This document shows, in pieces, positions 1 to 11,047 of a DNA stretch of 64,000 bases. The notes beneath the pieces are model-generated. The model did not search any database. It had not been told where the DNA came from and saw only the letters and a list, made by a program, of their open reading frames with translations. The first letter of the stretch is position 1, and every line of letters begins with the position of its first letter. Position numbers and translations under genes: made by a program. Source of the DNA: an uncultured Prevotellaceae bacterium (GTDB taxonomy: Bacteria; Bacteroidota; Bacteroidia; Bacteroidales; Bacteroidaceae); contig CADCEW010000001.1 of the NCBI GenBank assembly GCA_902800585.1, positions 1,994 to 65,993 of the forward strand. Reading direction: 5' to 3'.

Positions 1-47
1 TTTGTATCATATCCAGTTCAATAGTCATACTCACTTTCTTTTTATTG

Positions 48-1637
48 TTAGAATCTATATTGCAACTTAATATTGGCGGCATGTCTGTTTTCTTTTGCTT
101 TACTACAGAAAGCATCAAACATATCATGCCAATCAACACCCAAATTCCATTTTTTGCCGAATTGCTTGTTTACAGATAAGCATCCATACACAGGTACACC
201 AGTTAACTCACGTATTGGTGTGTTTTTTGTATAATAAACTACTTGCATTCCTATCTGCCATTCATAAGGAAGATAGGCAGTGGGAGCAAATCGGAATGAA
301 GCATAGGTACCACTTTTTGATGTATACAGATTTGATCCACCTTTCAGACTCCACCCATTCGTTCTCCAATAAGCCGATACATCCAGTTCCATGAAATTCT
401 CGCCGTCTTCAACGGCATAAAAACTCGTCTCAGCCTGAATAGTCAACTTCTGCTTACTATAAGCATAAGCCAGTTTCACTTGATTGATATTCCATTCCTC
501 CAGAAGTCCCTTAGCTATCGCCCATTCCTCATCAGAAAGTGAGTTGACACTCATGAAAAGGGCTAAGTAGTAAGGATTATAGTATTTGCGATAATAGCCT
601 AGCTGAATCTGATCGCGGTTATTTGGTACATAGATGACGCAGGCATTTGCATTGTCACGGGTATTGGAATGCTTTTGGCTGATTCCAGAATCCATCAACT
701 TGTAGTGATAGAACAATATACGATTACCAATAGTCAACTTCCATTTAGGCAAGGAATAGGTGAGCTGCAGATAGATATCGTTATTGAAGACATCCCAACT
801 CCTGTCCGTATCCTTTTGCTTAGTCATCAGGAAATCTCCCTCAACACCCAGCATCATAGACAGACGTTCAGAAAACAAAGGCGTATTCAACTCAACGATA
901 TACAATGGCAGTTTGTTGGATAAGACAGGATTGCTGGTATACTGATGTCCGCCCACTATGAGCAATTCAGTACCTTGGTCATTGAAGGTGTGGAAGTATC
1001 GTGCCCTGCCCATAACCTTACGTGACGCACCAGAAGGAATGTCAATATATTGCTGGGTGAAATAGGTCAACAGCTTGTTTCTGTCATCAAACCGGTTCGT
1101 CATGTGAAGCGTCAGATACTCCTCATTCCCATCCTGATGACGATAAGATGTATTGGCGTATAGGTCAGTATGCTTACTACCATATAACGCATTCACGGAG
1201 GCTATACCTGCTACGTTCTTCCCCAAGTATCCCTGTCCTTCCACGAAACCCTTCAACTTTTCAGGTATCTTCATATTTATATCCAACACCCTACCCATTC
1301 CAATGGTTCCCTTCGCAACACCCGTGTTGTCACAAACTTGAATTTTAGCGATATCCTTGGCTTTCATTTGGCTAAGAATGAGCCTTGTGTCACCATTCAT
1401 CGGACAGTTGTCGATGCGTAGGTCATAGCTGGAAATCACATCCTCATAACCGCCAATCATCAGTTCTGGCATCATCTGTAGCACGTCCATCAATGTCTCT
1501 TCATCCGTAAGTTCCATTCGCTGAGGATAGATTATCGTCCTGTCAGCCTTTTTCTCTACGATTGGTAAACTATCTTGCGCAAATGTAGAGACTGACAAAT
1601 ACATAAAGCTTATCAATATGAGAAGATGCCGAATCAT
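48..1637 (-). CDS. Outer-membrane beta-barrel protein, TonB-dependent-receptor-like with a short plug-like N-terminus
   Basis: 529 aa ORF; signal peptide (MIRHLLILISFMYLSVSTFAQ); plug-like DVLQMMPEL segment; alternating beta-strand pattern; ends in YRF (terminal Phe beta-signal). Confidence 0.6.
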   Translation of the reverse strand: MIRHLLILISFMYLSVSTFAQDSLPIVEKKADRTIIYPQRMELTDEETLMDVLQMMPELMIGGYEDVISSYDLRIDNCPMNGDTRLILSQMKAKDIAKIQVCDNTGVAKGTIGMGRVLDINMKIPEKLKGFVEGQGYLGKNVAGIASVNALYGSKHTDLYANTSYRHQDGNEEYLTLHMTNRFDDRNKLLTYFTQQYIDIPSGASRKVMGRARYFHTFNDQGTELLIVGGHQYTSNPVLSNKLPLYIVELNTPLFSERLSMMLGVEGDFLMTKQKDTDRSWDVFNNDIYLQLTYSLPKWKLTIGNRILFYHYKLMDSGISQKHSNTRDNANACVIYVPNNRDQIQLGYYRKYYNPYYLALFMSVNSLSDEEWAIAKGLLEEWNINQVKLAYAYSKQKLTIQAETSFYAVEDGENFMELDVSAYWRTNGWSLKGGSNLYTSKSGTYASFRFAPTAYLPYEWQIGMQVVYYTKNTPIRELTGVPVYGCLSVNKQFGKKWNLGVDWHDMFDAFCSKAKENRHAANIKLQYRF

Positions 1638-1643
1638 TTACTG

Positions 1644-1651
1644 CAAAAATA
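1644..1651 (-). promoter_or_regulatory. Bacteroidota sigma-A -7 box (TATTTTTG)
   Basis: Matches TANNTTTG on the minus strand, 6 nt before the ATG at 1637. Confidence 0.6.
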
Positions 1652-1752
1652 CGTATTTTTTTATTACCCAGTTTGGAAATTAATCCTTTTTAACATCAGC
1701 CTTCTTAGTATGCTTATATTGTTACGGTTATAAAGAGATATCAACTGAATTA

Positions 1753-1784
1753 TTTGGTAGATTGTGGAAAATATAGTAATTTCG
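1753..1784 (+). promoter_or_regulatory. Sigma-A promoter (-33 TTTG, 20 nt, -7 TAATTTCG)
   Basis: TTTG 1753-1756 and TAATTTCG 1777-1784 with canonical spacing; implies the start is ATG 1799, not 1754. Confidence 0.65.
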
Positions 1785-1798
1785 CAAACGGAATAGGT

Positions 1799-2389
1799 AT
1801 GAAGAGGATACTGTTTCTACATGGATTCTATGCAAGTGGGCAGTGTGTGCCAGCGGTAGCATTGAAGGAGGCGTTTGAGGGGAGTGCGATAGTGATGACT
1901 CCTGACTTGCCAATGCATCCTCAAGAGGCTGTCGGCTATATCCGTGAATTGGTTTGTAGCGAGAAGCCTGATGTTGTTGTAGGGAATAGTTGCGGGTCTT
2001 TTTATGCCCAGATGATAGCGCCAGCGATGGGTGTTCCAGCCTTGTTGGGGAATCCGCATTTCCGGATGACTGTGTTCCTGAAGTCAAGAATAGGAGCACA
2101 TCAGTATAAGTCCCCCCGCAAGGACGGTCATCAGGATTTTGTCATCGACGAGCAGTTGATTGGTGAGTTTGCGGAAATGGAGGCACATCAGTTTGATAAC
2201 TATCACCCCTCACATCAAGATAAGGTATGGGGCTTGTTTGGTGAACAGGACACGCTGGCACACTTCGAGCCGTTGTTCTTGAAGTATTATGTGAATAGCT
2301 TCCATTTCCCTGGAGGGCATACGCCGACAGCAGAAGAGGTGCGCACATGGTATGTGCCGCTGATTAAGAAGATAGTTACAGTGATTTGA
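1799..2389 (+). CDS. YqiA/YcfP-family alpha/beta hydrolase (esterase)
   Basis: FLHGF oxyanion motif, GNSCG nucleophile elbow, GGH near the C-terminus. Confidence 0.8.
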   Translation: MKRILFLHGFYASGQCVPAVALKEAFEGSAIVMTPDLPMHPQEAVGYIRELVCSEKPDVVVGNSCGSFYAQMIAPAMGVPALLGNPHFRMTVFLKSRIGAHQYKSPRKDGHQDFVIDEQLIGEFAEMEAHQFDNYHPSHQDKVWGLFGEQDTLAHFEPLFLKYYVNSFHFPGGHTPTAEEVRTWYVPLIKKIVTVI

Positions 2390-2837
2390 TGAGTACGCTC
2401 AGCAGGTTCTGACAGCCTTCCAGTACGTCGCGCCATGTTGCTTCGAAGTCACCAGTGTACCAAGGGTCGGCAACATCGCCAGGGCGGTTAGTATAGTTCA
2501 TTAACATAACAATCTTTCCTTCAGGGTCGCCCCCGCAGATATTCCTCATATTTCGGATGTTCCATGTGTCCATGCCTATCAGCAAGTCAAAGCGGTCATA
2601 GTCGCTGCGCGTCATCTGACGGGCAGTCTTTCCCTGACATGATATGCCATGCTCTGCCAGTTTCCTTCTGGCAGGAGGATAGACACTGTTTCCTATCTCT
2701 TCCGTTGAGGTCGCTGCAGACTCAATCACGAAAGCATCTTCTTTCCCAGCATTCCTTACCAGTTCCTTCATCACAAACTCAGCCATCGGGCTGCGGCAGA
2801 TATTCCCGTGGCAGACAAAGAGTAGACGTTGTCTCAT
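2376..2837 (-). CDS. Low-molecular-weight protein-tyrosine phosphatase
   Basis: VCHGNICRSP P-loop and DVADPWY general-acid motif. Confidence 0.95.
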   Translation of the reverse strand: MRQRLLFVCHGNICRSPMAEFVMKELVRNAGKEDAFVIESAATSTEEIGNSVYPPARRKLAEHGISCQGKTARQMTRSDYDRFDLLIGMDTWNIRNMRNICGGDPEGKIVMLMNYTNRPGDVADPWYTGDFEATWRDVLEGCQNLLSVLIKSL

Positions 2838-2850
2838 AGTATGTAGTGTG

Positions 2851-4182
2851 TCAGAACAGGAGCATGCGCTCTACCCAGTAGATGAGGATACCACAGAGAT
2901 AGCCGACGAAGGCAATCCATGTGATGCGTTTCAGATACCAGCCGAAGGTAATCTTCTCTAAGCCCATCACCACAACACCAGCGGCTGAACCGATAATCAG
3001 CATGGAGCCACCCACACCAGCACAGTAGGCAAGGAGTTGCCAGAAGATGCCGTCGACAGCCATGGCTCCTTCTGCGGCAACGGGATACATTCCCATACAA
3101 CCTGCCACGAGGGGCACGTTGTCAACGATAGAGGAGAGTACGCCAATGATGCCGTTGATGAGGTAGTAGTTACCAGAGAATGCTTCGTTGAGGCCTTCAC
3201 CCATAGCTGTCAGTACGCCAATCTCCTGTAGTACAGCCACAGCCATCAGGATGCCGAGGAAGAACATGATGGTAGAAAGGTCGATTTTCGTCATGATGTC
3301 AGAGACGCGCTTTGCCATCGTGTCGTCCTCATCGGTGTTATAATGGAAGATTTCCGTGGTCGTCCAAAGGACACCCAGCACCAGCAGGATACCCATAAAC
3401 GGCGGCAGGTGCGTGATGGTCTTGAAGATAGGCACGAAGATGAGTCCACCGACGCCCAGCCAGAAGATGATGTTACGCTGTGCTTTCGTGAACTGGCTGA
3501 CCTCTGCTTTAGGAAGATTCTGTTCCTTATCGAACTTTCCCTTGAGGGAGAGGCTGATGATGATGGCAGGGATGATCATCGAGACGAGGGATGGGATAAA
3601 GATTTCCGTCAATACACCCTGTGTGGTGATGACACCCTTGATCCACAGCATGATGGTAGTGACGTCGCCGATAGGGGAGAAGGCACCACCTGAATTGGCA
3701 GAGATAATGATGAGGGCAGCATAAAGCAGTCGCTCCTCACGGCTTTGTACGAGTTTACGCAGCACCATGATCATCACGATAGAAGTGGTGAGATTGTCGA
3801 GAATCGCCGACAAGAAGAAGGTCATGAAGGCGACACGCCACATCAGTTTCCGCTTGGAACGCGTCTTCAAGGCATCACGCACGAAGTTGAAACCACCGTT
3901 GGAGTCGACAATCTCCACGATGGTCATGGCTCCCATGAGGAAGAACAGCGTGCCTGCCGCATCCCCTAAATGATGCTCGATGACTTCTGCGATGTGGTGA
4001 ATAACACCGTCACCTGCCACTTCTGGATAGTAGGCACTGGGGTTCATCATTAATAATGTCCAGCATACTACACACATCAGCAGGGCGATGGCTGCTTTGT
4101 TGACTTTTGTCAGGCTCTCAAGGGCGATACACAGATAGCCGATGACGAAGGCGCAGATAATACAAATCGTTAATGTTGTCAT
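2851..4182 (-). CDS. nhaD: Na+/H+ antiporter, NhaD family
   Basis: Polytopic; LSAILDNLTT, ANSGGAFSPIGDVTT and SSIVDNVPLVA motifs. Start taken as MTTLTICI at 4182. Confidence 0.85.
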   Translation of the reverse strand: MTTLTICIICAFVIGYLCIALESLTKVNKAAIALLMCVVCWTLLMMNPSAYYPEVAGDGVIHHIAEVIEHHLGDAAGTLFFLMGAMTIVEIVDSNGGFNFVRDALKTRSKRKLMWRVAFMTFFLSAILDNLTTSIVMIMVLRKLVQSREERLLYAALIIISANSGGAFSPIGDVTTIMLWIKGVITTQGVLTEIFIPSLVSMIIPAIIISLSLKGKFDKEQNLPKAEVSQFTKAQRNIIFWLGVGGLIFVPIFKTITHLPPFMGILLVLGVLWTTTEIFHYNTDEDDTMAKRVSDIMTKIDLSTIMFFLGILMAVAVLQEIGVLTAMGEGLNEAFSGNYYLINGIIGVLSSIVDNVPLVAGCMGMYPVAAEGAMAVDGIFWQLLAYCAGVGGSMLIIGSAAGVVVMGLEKITFGWYLKRITWIAFVGYLCGILIYWVERMLLF

Positions 4183-4223
4183 GGTGTTTATATCTTTTTT
4201 AAATTCTTTCGATGATAAGGATA

Positions 4224-4835
4224 TTATTCGAATATCTTGAACGCATAGCCTTGAGCCTGCAGCCACTCGATAGCCTGAGGTAGTGCCGTACGTAACTTGT
4301 CTATTGATTTCAGAGAGTCGTGGAAGGTGATGATAGAACCGTTGCGGGCATATCGCTTCACATTGTTAAACACATCGTCTGCCGTCATCCACTTGGAATA
4401 GTCACGCGTGACGAGGTCCCACATCACAATGCGGTATTTCCTGCCCAGCCACGCATATAGCCCCCAGCGCATCCAGCCATGAGGAGGACGCACTAGGTTA
4501 GTATGCAGATAGGCGTTTGCCTTTTCTACATTATAACTGTATTTGCGGATACTGTGCCGGAAACCGCTGATATGGTTGTGGGTGTGATTACCGATGCGAT
4601 GTCCCTCATTAACGACACGTTGGTGCAGTTCAGGGTATTTACGGGCATTGTCGCCAACCATAAAGAAGGTTGCTTTGATTCCGTAGTGCTTAAGTGTATC
4701 GAGGATAAACGGGGTGGCTTCAGGGATGGGACCGTCATCGAAGGTCAGGTAGACCGCCTTCTCATGTCGGTTCATTCTCCATGTCGCCCTGGGGTAAAGC
4801 CAGCGCAACCACATGCTCGGTTGCTCGATAATCAT
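4224..4835 (-). CDS. Polysaccharide deacetylase (CE4/NodB)
   Basis: TFDDGP, HTHNH, RPPHG and FHDS motifs. Confidence 0.92.
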   Translation of the reverse strand: MIIEQPSMWLRWLYPRATWRMNRHEKAVYLTFDDGPIPEATPFILDTLKHYGIKATFFMVGDNARKYPELHQRVVNEGHRIGNHTHNHISGFRHSIRKYSYNVEKANAYLHTNLVRPPHGWMRWGLYAWLGRKYRIVMWDLVTRDYSKWMTADDVFNNVKRYARNGSIITFHDSLKSIDKLRTALPQAIEWLQAQGYAFKIFE

Positions 4836-4859
4836 CTTCTCTTGTCTCTCACTTGTTTA

Positions 4860-7800
4860 TTACTGATCTATTCCCAGTTTTCCACCACGGTCTTGGAAGG
4901 CATGCATGACGTTACTCAATACGGCTTCATGTTTCTGTCCCCACTGCTCGTCGACAGTTTCACCCAACTGCAGGAGTTGGCTGAGGATGTAGATGTGCAT
5001 ATAGCAACTGTCTTCCGACAGGTCGAACTGCTGGTTGTCGAGGTTCAGATACCATGAGACATACTGGAGAGAGTTCTTCCAGAGTTGGTTGACCAACTGC
5101 ATGGCGTTCTTTTCGTTACCCATGGCAGCCCATGCACGTGCCATATCCAGTGAACCAGAGGTATAGTTGTGTGGGATATTATAGGAAGGAAGCATCTTCT
5201 CGCAGTATTCGAGAACCTCTGCAGCCTGCTTGTCGTTGCCTTCGCTGACCAGATGTACAGCCAGTTTTGCCATGATGCGGCGATGGGTATAGCACATACG
5301 CATCACAGTCTCGTCGAGATAGACGCCCTTTGTGTTAGCACCACCGAACTTGAAGCGGTGCATCACATTATCATAGGTACGCTTCGTATCAAAGTTCTTG
5401 GCACCTTCCGCATTGGTGGTGAAAGGTGTGATACGATAGGTGAGACCTTCCGTAATGGTGTTGTCTCCCAAATTGATGTAGTTCTCATCACCTACGGACA
5501 CAGCGACATAGATAGGACGCTTCCAGTTACACTCGGCAAGCATCTCCAGAATCATCAGGTCGCCTTTGTAGAGGGCTGATTTACCCTTGAGGGAGATCAC
5601 CATCTTATCAGGGATAGAGTCAGTTGCCATCATCATACCGCTCTGACGAACAGCCTCCTTGTCAATAGTCATATAGAGCGTATCGGTAGGAATGACATGG
5701 AACTCAGCGGTCTTTGAGCGTACCCAGTATTTCAGGACGTTCTTCAGTTCAAACGGTTCTTCGCCAAACTGTGCCTTTGCCTGTTCAGGTTCCTGCTTGT
5801 AGAATTCGAGCACAGCCTGTTTCATGTCAGGCTCGATGGCTACATACTCATTCGTACCAGCACAGTATTCAATACGTTCCCATGTGATGGGTACGGAAGG
5901 CGAGTCATAGGCAGGACGACGCATCTGGTCGATATACCAGTCAGTCTGCAGATAAGAGAGGTTGCAGACACGAGCATCCGTGCGTACGCCTTCCACATCC
6001 TGATTATACCACAGGGGGAAGGTGTCGTTATCGCCATTGGTGAAGATAATTGGATTGCCTTCATCCTGCAGGGACATCAGATAGTTCTGTCCGAAGTCAC
6101 GACAGGTATAGCGTCCGCTACGATCGTGGTCGTCCCATGTCTGGGATGCCATCTGGATGGGGACTAGTATGGCTGCTATAGATACTAAAGCGGCTATCAC
6201 CACCTGTCCGTTCTTCATCTTACGATTGATGAGGTCGATGAGGGCTGCGACACCCATACCACACCAGATAGCGAAGGCATAGAAGGAGCCTGCATAGGCA
6301 TAGTCACGCTCACGTGGCTGCATCGGCGTCTGGTTCAGATAGATGACGATAGCAAGACCTGTCATGAAGAACAGGAAGAATACCACCCAGAACTGACGGA
6401 TGCCAACAGGTTCTATCTCTGTCTGTTCCTTACCATCAACAGTAACACGACTCTTGCGAGTGTACCATGACTGCCAGAAGAGTCCGATAAGTCCAAGTAG
6501 CAACGGCAGACAATAGAACACGTTATGTCCCTTGTTCTCTTTCAGTTCGTCAGGCAAGGTGTTCTGGTCGCCTAAGCGCCAAGAGTCAAACCAGTCGAAA
6601 CCAGTGAGCCAGTTGCCGTGCTCCAGTTCGCCATTACCCTGCAGGTCATTCTGTCGTCCAGCAAAGTTCCACATGAAATAACGCCAGTACATGAAGTTAC
6701 ACTGGTAGGAGAGGAAGAAACGTATGTTCTCCAACTGACTGGGAACCTTTACGCTGATCATCTCACCACAACGGTCATACATCTCCTCATGGCCATCAAC
6801 ACTGCCGCCTAACCAACTCTCGTAGGCAGCACGATGAGACGAGCTGTACATACGAGGGAAGAACATGTTCTGCGCATACTCGTATTCATCCTTGGTGCGT
6901 AAGATGAAATATTCGTCTTTCTCATCGGGAGAAGCCTTTTCCTTACGCTGCCACACAGGGGCACCCTTCTTCATGACAGGCTTACAATACTCGCCGTCTT
7001 TCTCCAAGGCAACCTGTGAGGTATATGCCTGTCCGTAGAACAACGGACGCTGTCCGTACTGTTCACGTCCGAGATACTCGCCCAAGGTGAAGATATCCTC
7101 TGGGGAGTTCTGGTCCATAGGCGGGTTGGCCGATGAACGGATAACGATAAGTGCATAGGAAGAGTATCCAATCATGATCATCAGCATGCAGAGCAGTGAG
7201 GTGTTCTTGATACGTGCAGTGACAAGCAGTTTGTTTTTCTGCTTGTATTGCAATATAAACCACAGGACCACCAATACCACGATACCGATGATAACTGCCG
7301 ACCAGCCGTGTCCGTAGAAAGGAATACCCAGCATGGCGACAGACAACAGGAAGGCGATGTTCTGTTTCTTCTCACTGACATCACGATGTGTCTCGTAGAT
7401 AGCCCAGATAGTGATGGCTATCAACAGGAAGATATAGATAATCTCACCTGTGTTGAAAGGACAACCGAGGACGTTGACAAACAATAACTCAAACCATCCA
7501 CCGACCTGTACGATGCCTGGTACGACACCATAGAGTACAGCGGCAAGGATGACAATAGAGATGCCTAAGGCTATCAAAGAGCCATAGAGGTCTTTCTTAG
7601 GCAGGCTCTGCGGGAACTTACGATAGTAATAAACCAGTACGATGGCTGGCAGACACAGCAGGTTCAGCAGATGGACACCAATGCTCAAGCCCGTCATATA
7701 CATAATCAATATCAGCCAACGATCGCTATGAGGTTCATCGGCATGGTCTTCCCATTTCAATATCAGCCAGAATACTATAGCGGTGAAGGCTGAAGAATAG

Positions 7801-8243
7801 GCATACACCTCACCTTCGACAGCAGAGAACCAGAAGGTGTCACTGAATGTATAGATCAAAGCGCCCACCATAGCAGCGCCTTCGATGGCGATTGTCTTTG
7901 CAAGTGTCAACTGACTCCAGTCCTTGATGAGTAACTTGCGCACCAAATGCGAAATGGTCCAGAACAAGAACAGGATAGTAGCCGCAGACAGTAACGCACT
8001 CATGATGTTCACCATCCGAGCCACTTGCGTTGAGTCACTGGTGAATTGTGAGAACAGGTTTGCCGTGAGCATAAAGAACGGTGCACCAGGTGGATGACCG
8101 ATTTCAAGTTTATAACCTGTAGAGATAAATTCCGGGCAGTCCCAGAAGGAGGCTGTAGGCTCAATTGTAGAGCAATATACGAAAGCGGCTATCAGAAAAC
8201 TGACCCATCCGAGAATATTGTCTATCAGTCTGAATTGTTTCAT
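4860..8243 (-). CDS. DUF2723 large membrane protein, predicted GT-C glycosyltransferase
   Basis: 1127 aa; TIEPTASFWDCPEF, HPPGAPFF, FWFSAVEGEVY, RERDY and TNGDNDTFPLWY motifs typical of the family. Confidence 0.85.
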   Translation of the reverse strand: MKQFRLIDNILGWVSFLIAAFVYCSTIEPTASFWDCPEFISTGYKLEIGHPPGAPFFMLTANLFSQFTSDSTQVARMVNIMSALLSAATILFLFWTISHLVRKLLIKDWSQLTLAKTIAIEGAAMVGALIYTFSDTFWFSAVEGEVYAYSSAFTAIVFWLILKWEDHADEPHSDRWLILIMYMTGLSIGVHLLNLLCLPAIVLVYYYRKFPQSLPKKDLYGSLIALGISIVILAAVLYGVVPGIVQVGGWFELLFVNVLGCPFNTGEIIYIFLLIAITIWAIYETHRDVSEKKQNIAFLLSVAMLGIPFYGHGWSAVIIGIVVLVVLWFILQYKQKNKLLVTARIKNTSLLCMLMIMIGYSSYALIVIRSSANPPMDQNSPEDIFTLGEYLGREQYGQRPLFYGQAYTSQVALEKDGEYCKPVMKKGAPVWQRKEKASPDEKDEYFILRTKDEYEYAQNMFFPRMYSSSHRAAYESWLGGSVDGHEEMYDRCGEMISVKVPSQLENIRFFLSYQCNFMYWRYFMWNFAGRQNDLQGNGELEHGNWLTGFDWFDSWRLGDQNTLPDELKENKGHNVFYCLPLLLGLIGLFWQSWYTRKSRVTVDGKEQTEIEPVGIRQFWVVFFLFFMTGLAIVIYLNQTPMQPRERDYAYAGSFYAFAIWCGMGVAALIDLINRKMKNGQVVIAALVSIAAILVPIQMASQTWDDHDRSGRYTCRDFGQNYLMSLQDEGNPIIFTNGDNDTFPLWYNQDVEGVRTDARVCNLSYLQTDWYIDQMRRPAYDSPSVPITWERIEYCAGTNEYVAIEPDMKQAVLEFYKQEPEQAKAQFGEEPFELKNVLKYWVRSKTAEFHVIPTDTLYMTIDKEAVRQSGMMMATDSIPDKMVISLKGKSALYKGDLMILEMLAECNWKRPIYVAVSVGDENYINLGDNTITEGLTYRITPFTTNAEGAKNFDTKRTYDNVMHRFKFGGANTKGVYLDETVMRMCYTHRRIMAKLAVHLVSEGNDKQAAEVLEYCEKMLPSYNIPHNYTSGSLDMARAWAAMGNEKNAMQLVNQLWKNSLQYVSWYLNLDNQQFDLSEDSCYMHIYILSQLLQLGETVDEQWGQKHEAVLSNVMHAFQDRGGKLGIDQ

Positions 8244-8288
8244 TATTTTTTGTCGTGTTAAATTCTAACGTGCAAAGGTAGTGGTTTT

Positions 8289-8320
8289 AATTGAGAATTG
8301 AGAATTGAAAATTAAGAATT
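8289..8320. repeat. Degenerate 7-bp tandem repeat (AATTGAG x ~4.5) in the intergenic region
   Basis: aattgag aattgag aattgaa aattaag aatt read directly. Confidence 0.8.
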
Positions 8321-8345
8321 AGTAACTCCTTGTTATTTTTTAACG

Positions 8346-8798
8346 TTAGAAGATTAAACTGGCACCATAAACAAGGACCACATAACGCAAGAATTTACCG
8401 ATAGTGATGCTGATGACTGAGATAGGGATATTGGCGCGCATCAGTCCTAAAACGATAGTGATGGCACTTCCGAGGATAGGTACAAAGGCGAAGAATCCCA
8501 TCCAGGCTCCTCTTCCCCCCATGAATCGTGTCGCTTTGTCGAGACTCTCCTGACTGACATGCAGGTATTTCTCTATCCATTCCAACTTACCCATGTGTCC
8601 GACAGTATAGTTGAACATACCACCTGCTACATTACCGATAGTACCATAGATAATCAATAGCCAGGGATCCAGTCCTGCTGCCAATAGTCCCATCATCACC
8701 GCTTCACTGGAGAAAGGGAAAAACGAGCCTGCCACGAAAGCCGTGATGAGCATTCCCCAGTAGCCGTAACTGATGAGTAGAGAGATGATTACATCCAT
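8346..8798 (-). CDS. YqaA/DedA-family membrane protein
   Basis: AFVAGSFFPFSSE, GNVAGG, PILGSAIT and GKFLRY motifs. Confidence 0.85.
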   Translation of the reverse strand: MDVIISLLISYGYWGMLITAFVAGSFFPFSSEAVMMGLLAAGLDPWLLIIYGTIGNVAGGMFNYTVGHMGKLEWIEKYLHVSQESLDKATRFMGGRGAWMGFFAFVPILGSAITIVLGLMRANIPISVISITIGKFLRYVVLVYGASLIF

Positions 8799-9712
8799 AG
8801 GTTATAACCTGTGAGTAATAAGGTAGTGATGCAGATAAGACAGAATGCGATATTGGTTATCTTGGTGTGGGTCAGCGCCATGAAATGCCCAATTAGCGGT
8901 GCTGTGTTGATAATCAGGATTCTGATTAACGGATCGTAGTATTGTGGTTGCAGACAAATGAAAGCAACTGTCAGGAAATCTATCCAGATAAAGAAAATTA
9001 AGAGTTGGCGGGTACGAATCTTGTCTAAGTAATAGGTGCGCCAATAATGAATGGCACCGATAAGGGCCAAAAGGATGACGAAGGCGAAGGTTATCGTCTG
9101 ACTGTTGTTTAAGATGTTAAAGTCAAAAGGTGTCTGAAATTCCACCAAAGGTGTGAGATGGTCGACAAACAGGGAGAAGTTGTCTTGATAGACCAACCAA
9201 CAGATTCCTAACCAATAGGGGGTGATGATACCCATCAGGGAGGCGAAGAAGGTGCGTAGTGAGAACGATTGCAGACAGGTGAGCATCAGTATCCACAGGA
9301 AGGGTACAAAATAGAGAATATGTACAAAGGTGAGACTTGCCAGTCCGATGCACAGGAATCCGTAATAGGTCAGTCCTGCACCACTCTTGTCATGATAGGA
9401 TTGAAACAGAATGAGATAAGAGGCGACGATACATAACTGGGTGAAATTCCCAGAAAGTGAAGGGAACAGAAAGCATGCCATACACGAGAGTAACAGAAAG
9501 GATACTGATACCATTCGGGAGTAGATGCGGATGAGGGCGTTGGTGTTGTTCAGTTGCACCATCAGATAGGCCGTCAACATAAAACAACCGAACTGAATCC
9601 ACCATTGTTCTTGAATCAGTCCTCCCAACAGCCATATTCCTATCGCATAGCATAAGGTGACAGGCAGTGTCAGTCTGCTTCCCGTTATCTTATTCTGTAG
9701 TAGCTTCTTCAT
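8789..9712 (-). CDS. Polytopic membrane protein of unknown function (DUF6427-like, usually next to purD in Bacteroidales)
   Basis: 307 aa, about 9 hydrophobic segments; start overlaps the purD stop. Confidence 0.6.
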   Translation of the reverse strand: MKKLLQNKITGSRLTLPVTLCYAIGIWLLGGLIQEQWWIQFGCFMLTAYLMVQLNNTNALIRIYSRMVSVSFLLLSCMACFLFPSLSGNFTQLCIVASYLILFQSYHDKSGAGLTYYGFLCIGLASLTFVHILYFVPFLWILMLTCLQSFSLRTFFASLMGIITPYWLGICWLVYQDNFSLFVDHLTPLVEFQTPFDFNILNNSQTITFAFVILLALIGAIHYWRTYYLDKIRTRQLLIFFIWIDFLTVAFICLQPQYYDPLIRILIINTAPLIGHFMALTHTKITNIAFCLICITTLLLTGYNLWM

Positions 9713-10989
9713 TACAAGTCAGCACCGATGTCCCGACGGAAATATTTATCCGTGAACTGTATCTTCTGAGCCTCCTCGAAAGACTTCTGTAAGGCTTCTG
9801 CCTTATCCTTGCCATAAGAAGAAACTGCAATGACACGACCACCATTTGTGACCACCTGTCCGTCCTTCAGTGCTGTTCCACTATGGAAGACGATAGAGCC
9901 TTCTATTTGATCAATGCCACTGATAGGATAGCCTTTCTTGTATTCCTGCGGATAACCGCCACTGACTAACATGACACAGACTGCGGCACGTTCGTCGAAC
10001 TCAATAGCACGCTGGTCAAGGTTACCTTCAGCAACACCTTCGAAGAGGTCTACGATATCGCTCTTCAGACGAAGCATGACACTCTCTGTCTCAGGGTCTC
10101 CCATACGGCAGTTGTATTCAATAACCATCGGGTCACCTTTCACGTTGATAAGTCCGAAGAAGATAAAGCCTTTATAGTCGATATCCTCGGCTTTCAGTCC
10201 CTCAACAGTTGGACGGATGATGCGGTCTTCTACCTTCTGCATCCATTCTTTGGTAGCAAAAGGAACGGGGGTTACACTTCCCATACCACCAGTGTTCAGA
10301 CCAGTGTCGTGTTCACCGATGCGTTTATAGTCTTTTGCCTCAGGAAGAATCTTATAATGGTTGCCATCAGTCAATACGAAGACGCTGCACTCGATACCAC
10401 TCAGAAATTCCTCAATGACCACTTGTGAAGAGGCATTGCCGAACATACCGCCCAGCATCTCCTTCAATTCTTTCTTTGCCTCATCGAGGGTAGGGAGAAT
10501 CAGCACACCTTTGCCAGCGCAGAGTCCATCAGCCTTGAGAACGTAGGGCGGTTCCAGTGTTTCCAGGAAAGCCAGTCCCTCTTGAACGTGTTCTCCGTCA
10601 AATGTTTGATAGCGTGCTGTGGGGATATGGTGACGTGCCATGAATGCCTTGGCGAAATCTTTAGAGCCTTCCAGGACAGCACCTTGTTTGGACGGACCAA
10701 TCACAGGAATATTATTTGTGAGCTCGTCGTTTTTCAAGTTGTCGTAGATACCTTTTACCAACGGGTCTTCGGGCCCTACTACTACCATGTCAATCTGTTT
10801 GTCTATACAGAATGCCTTGATGGCGTCGAAGTCATCCGCCTTCATTGCGACATTCTCTCCGCAGTTGGAGGTACCTGCATTACCTGGTGCGATGTATAAT
10901 TTCTCACATTTCTCACTCTGAGCAATTTTCCAGGCGAGTGCATGCTCACGACCGCCACTGCCTAACAATAATATCTTCATTTTCGTCAT
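9712..10989 (-). CDS. purD: Phosphoribosylamine-glycine ligase
   Basis: [43 protein letters not shown] and [10 protein letters not shown] motifs; start could be 10980. Confidence 0.98.
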   Translation of the reverse strand: MTKMKILLLGSGGREHALAWKIAQSEKCEKLYIAPGNAGTSNCGENVAMKADDFDAIKAFCIDKQIDMVVVGPEDPLVKGIYDNLKNDELTNNIPVIGPSKQGAVLEGSKDFAKAFMARHHIPTARYQTFDGEHVQEGLAFLETLEPPYVLKADGLCAGKGVLILPTLDEAKKELKEMLGGMFGNASSQVVIEEFLSGIECSVFVLTDGNHYKILPEAKDYKRIGEHDTGLNTGGMGSVTPVPFATKEWMQKVEDRIIRPTVEGLKAEDIDYKGFIFFGLINVKGDPMVIEYNCRMGDPETESVMLRLKSDIVDLFEGVAEGNLDQRAIEFDERAAVCVMLVSGGYPQEYKKGYPISGIDQIEGSIVFHSGTALKDGQVVTNGGRVIAVSSYGKDKAEALQKSFEEAQKIQFTDKYFRRDIGADL

Positions 10990-11005
10990 TTTTGAAATTT
11001 GTCTG

Positions 11006-11037
11006 CAAAAGTACTAATAAATAATGAGTCATCCAAA
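11006..11037 (-). promoter_or_regulatory. Internal sigma-A promoter for purD
   Basis: Minus-strand TTTG (11034-11037), 20 nt, TACTTTTG (11006-11013). Confidence 0.65.
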
Positions 11038-11047
11038 CCCAATCCTA

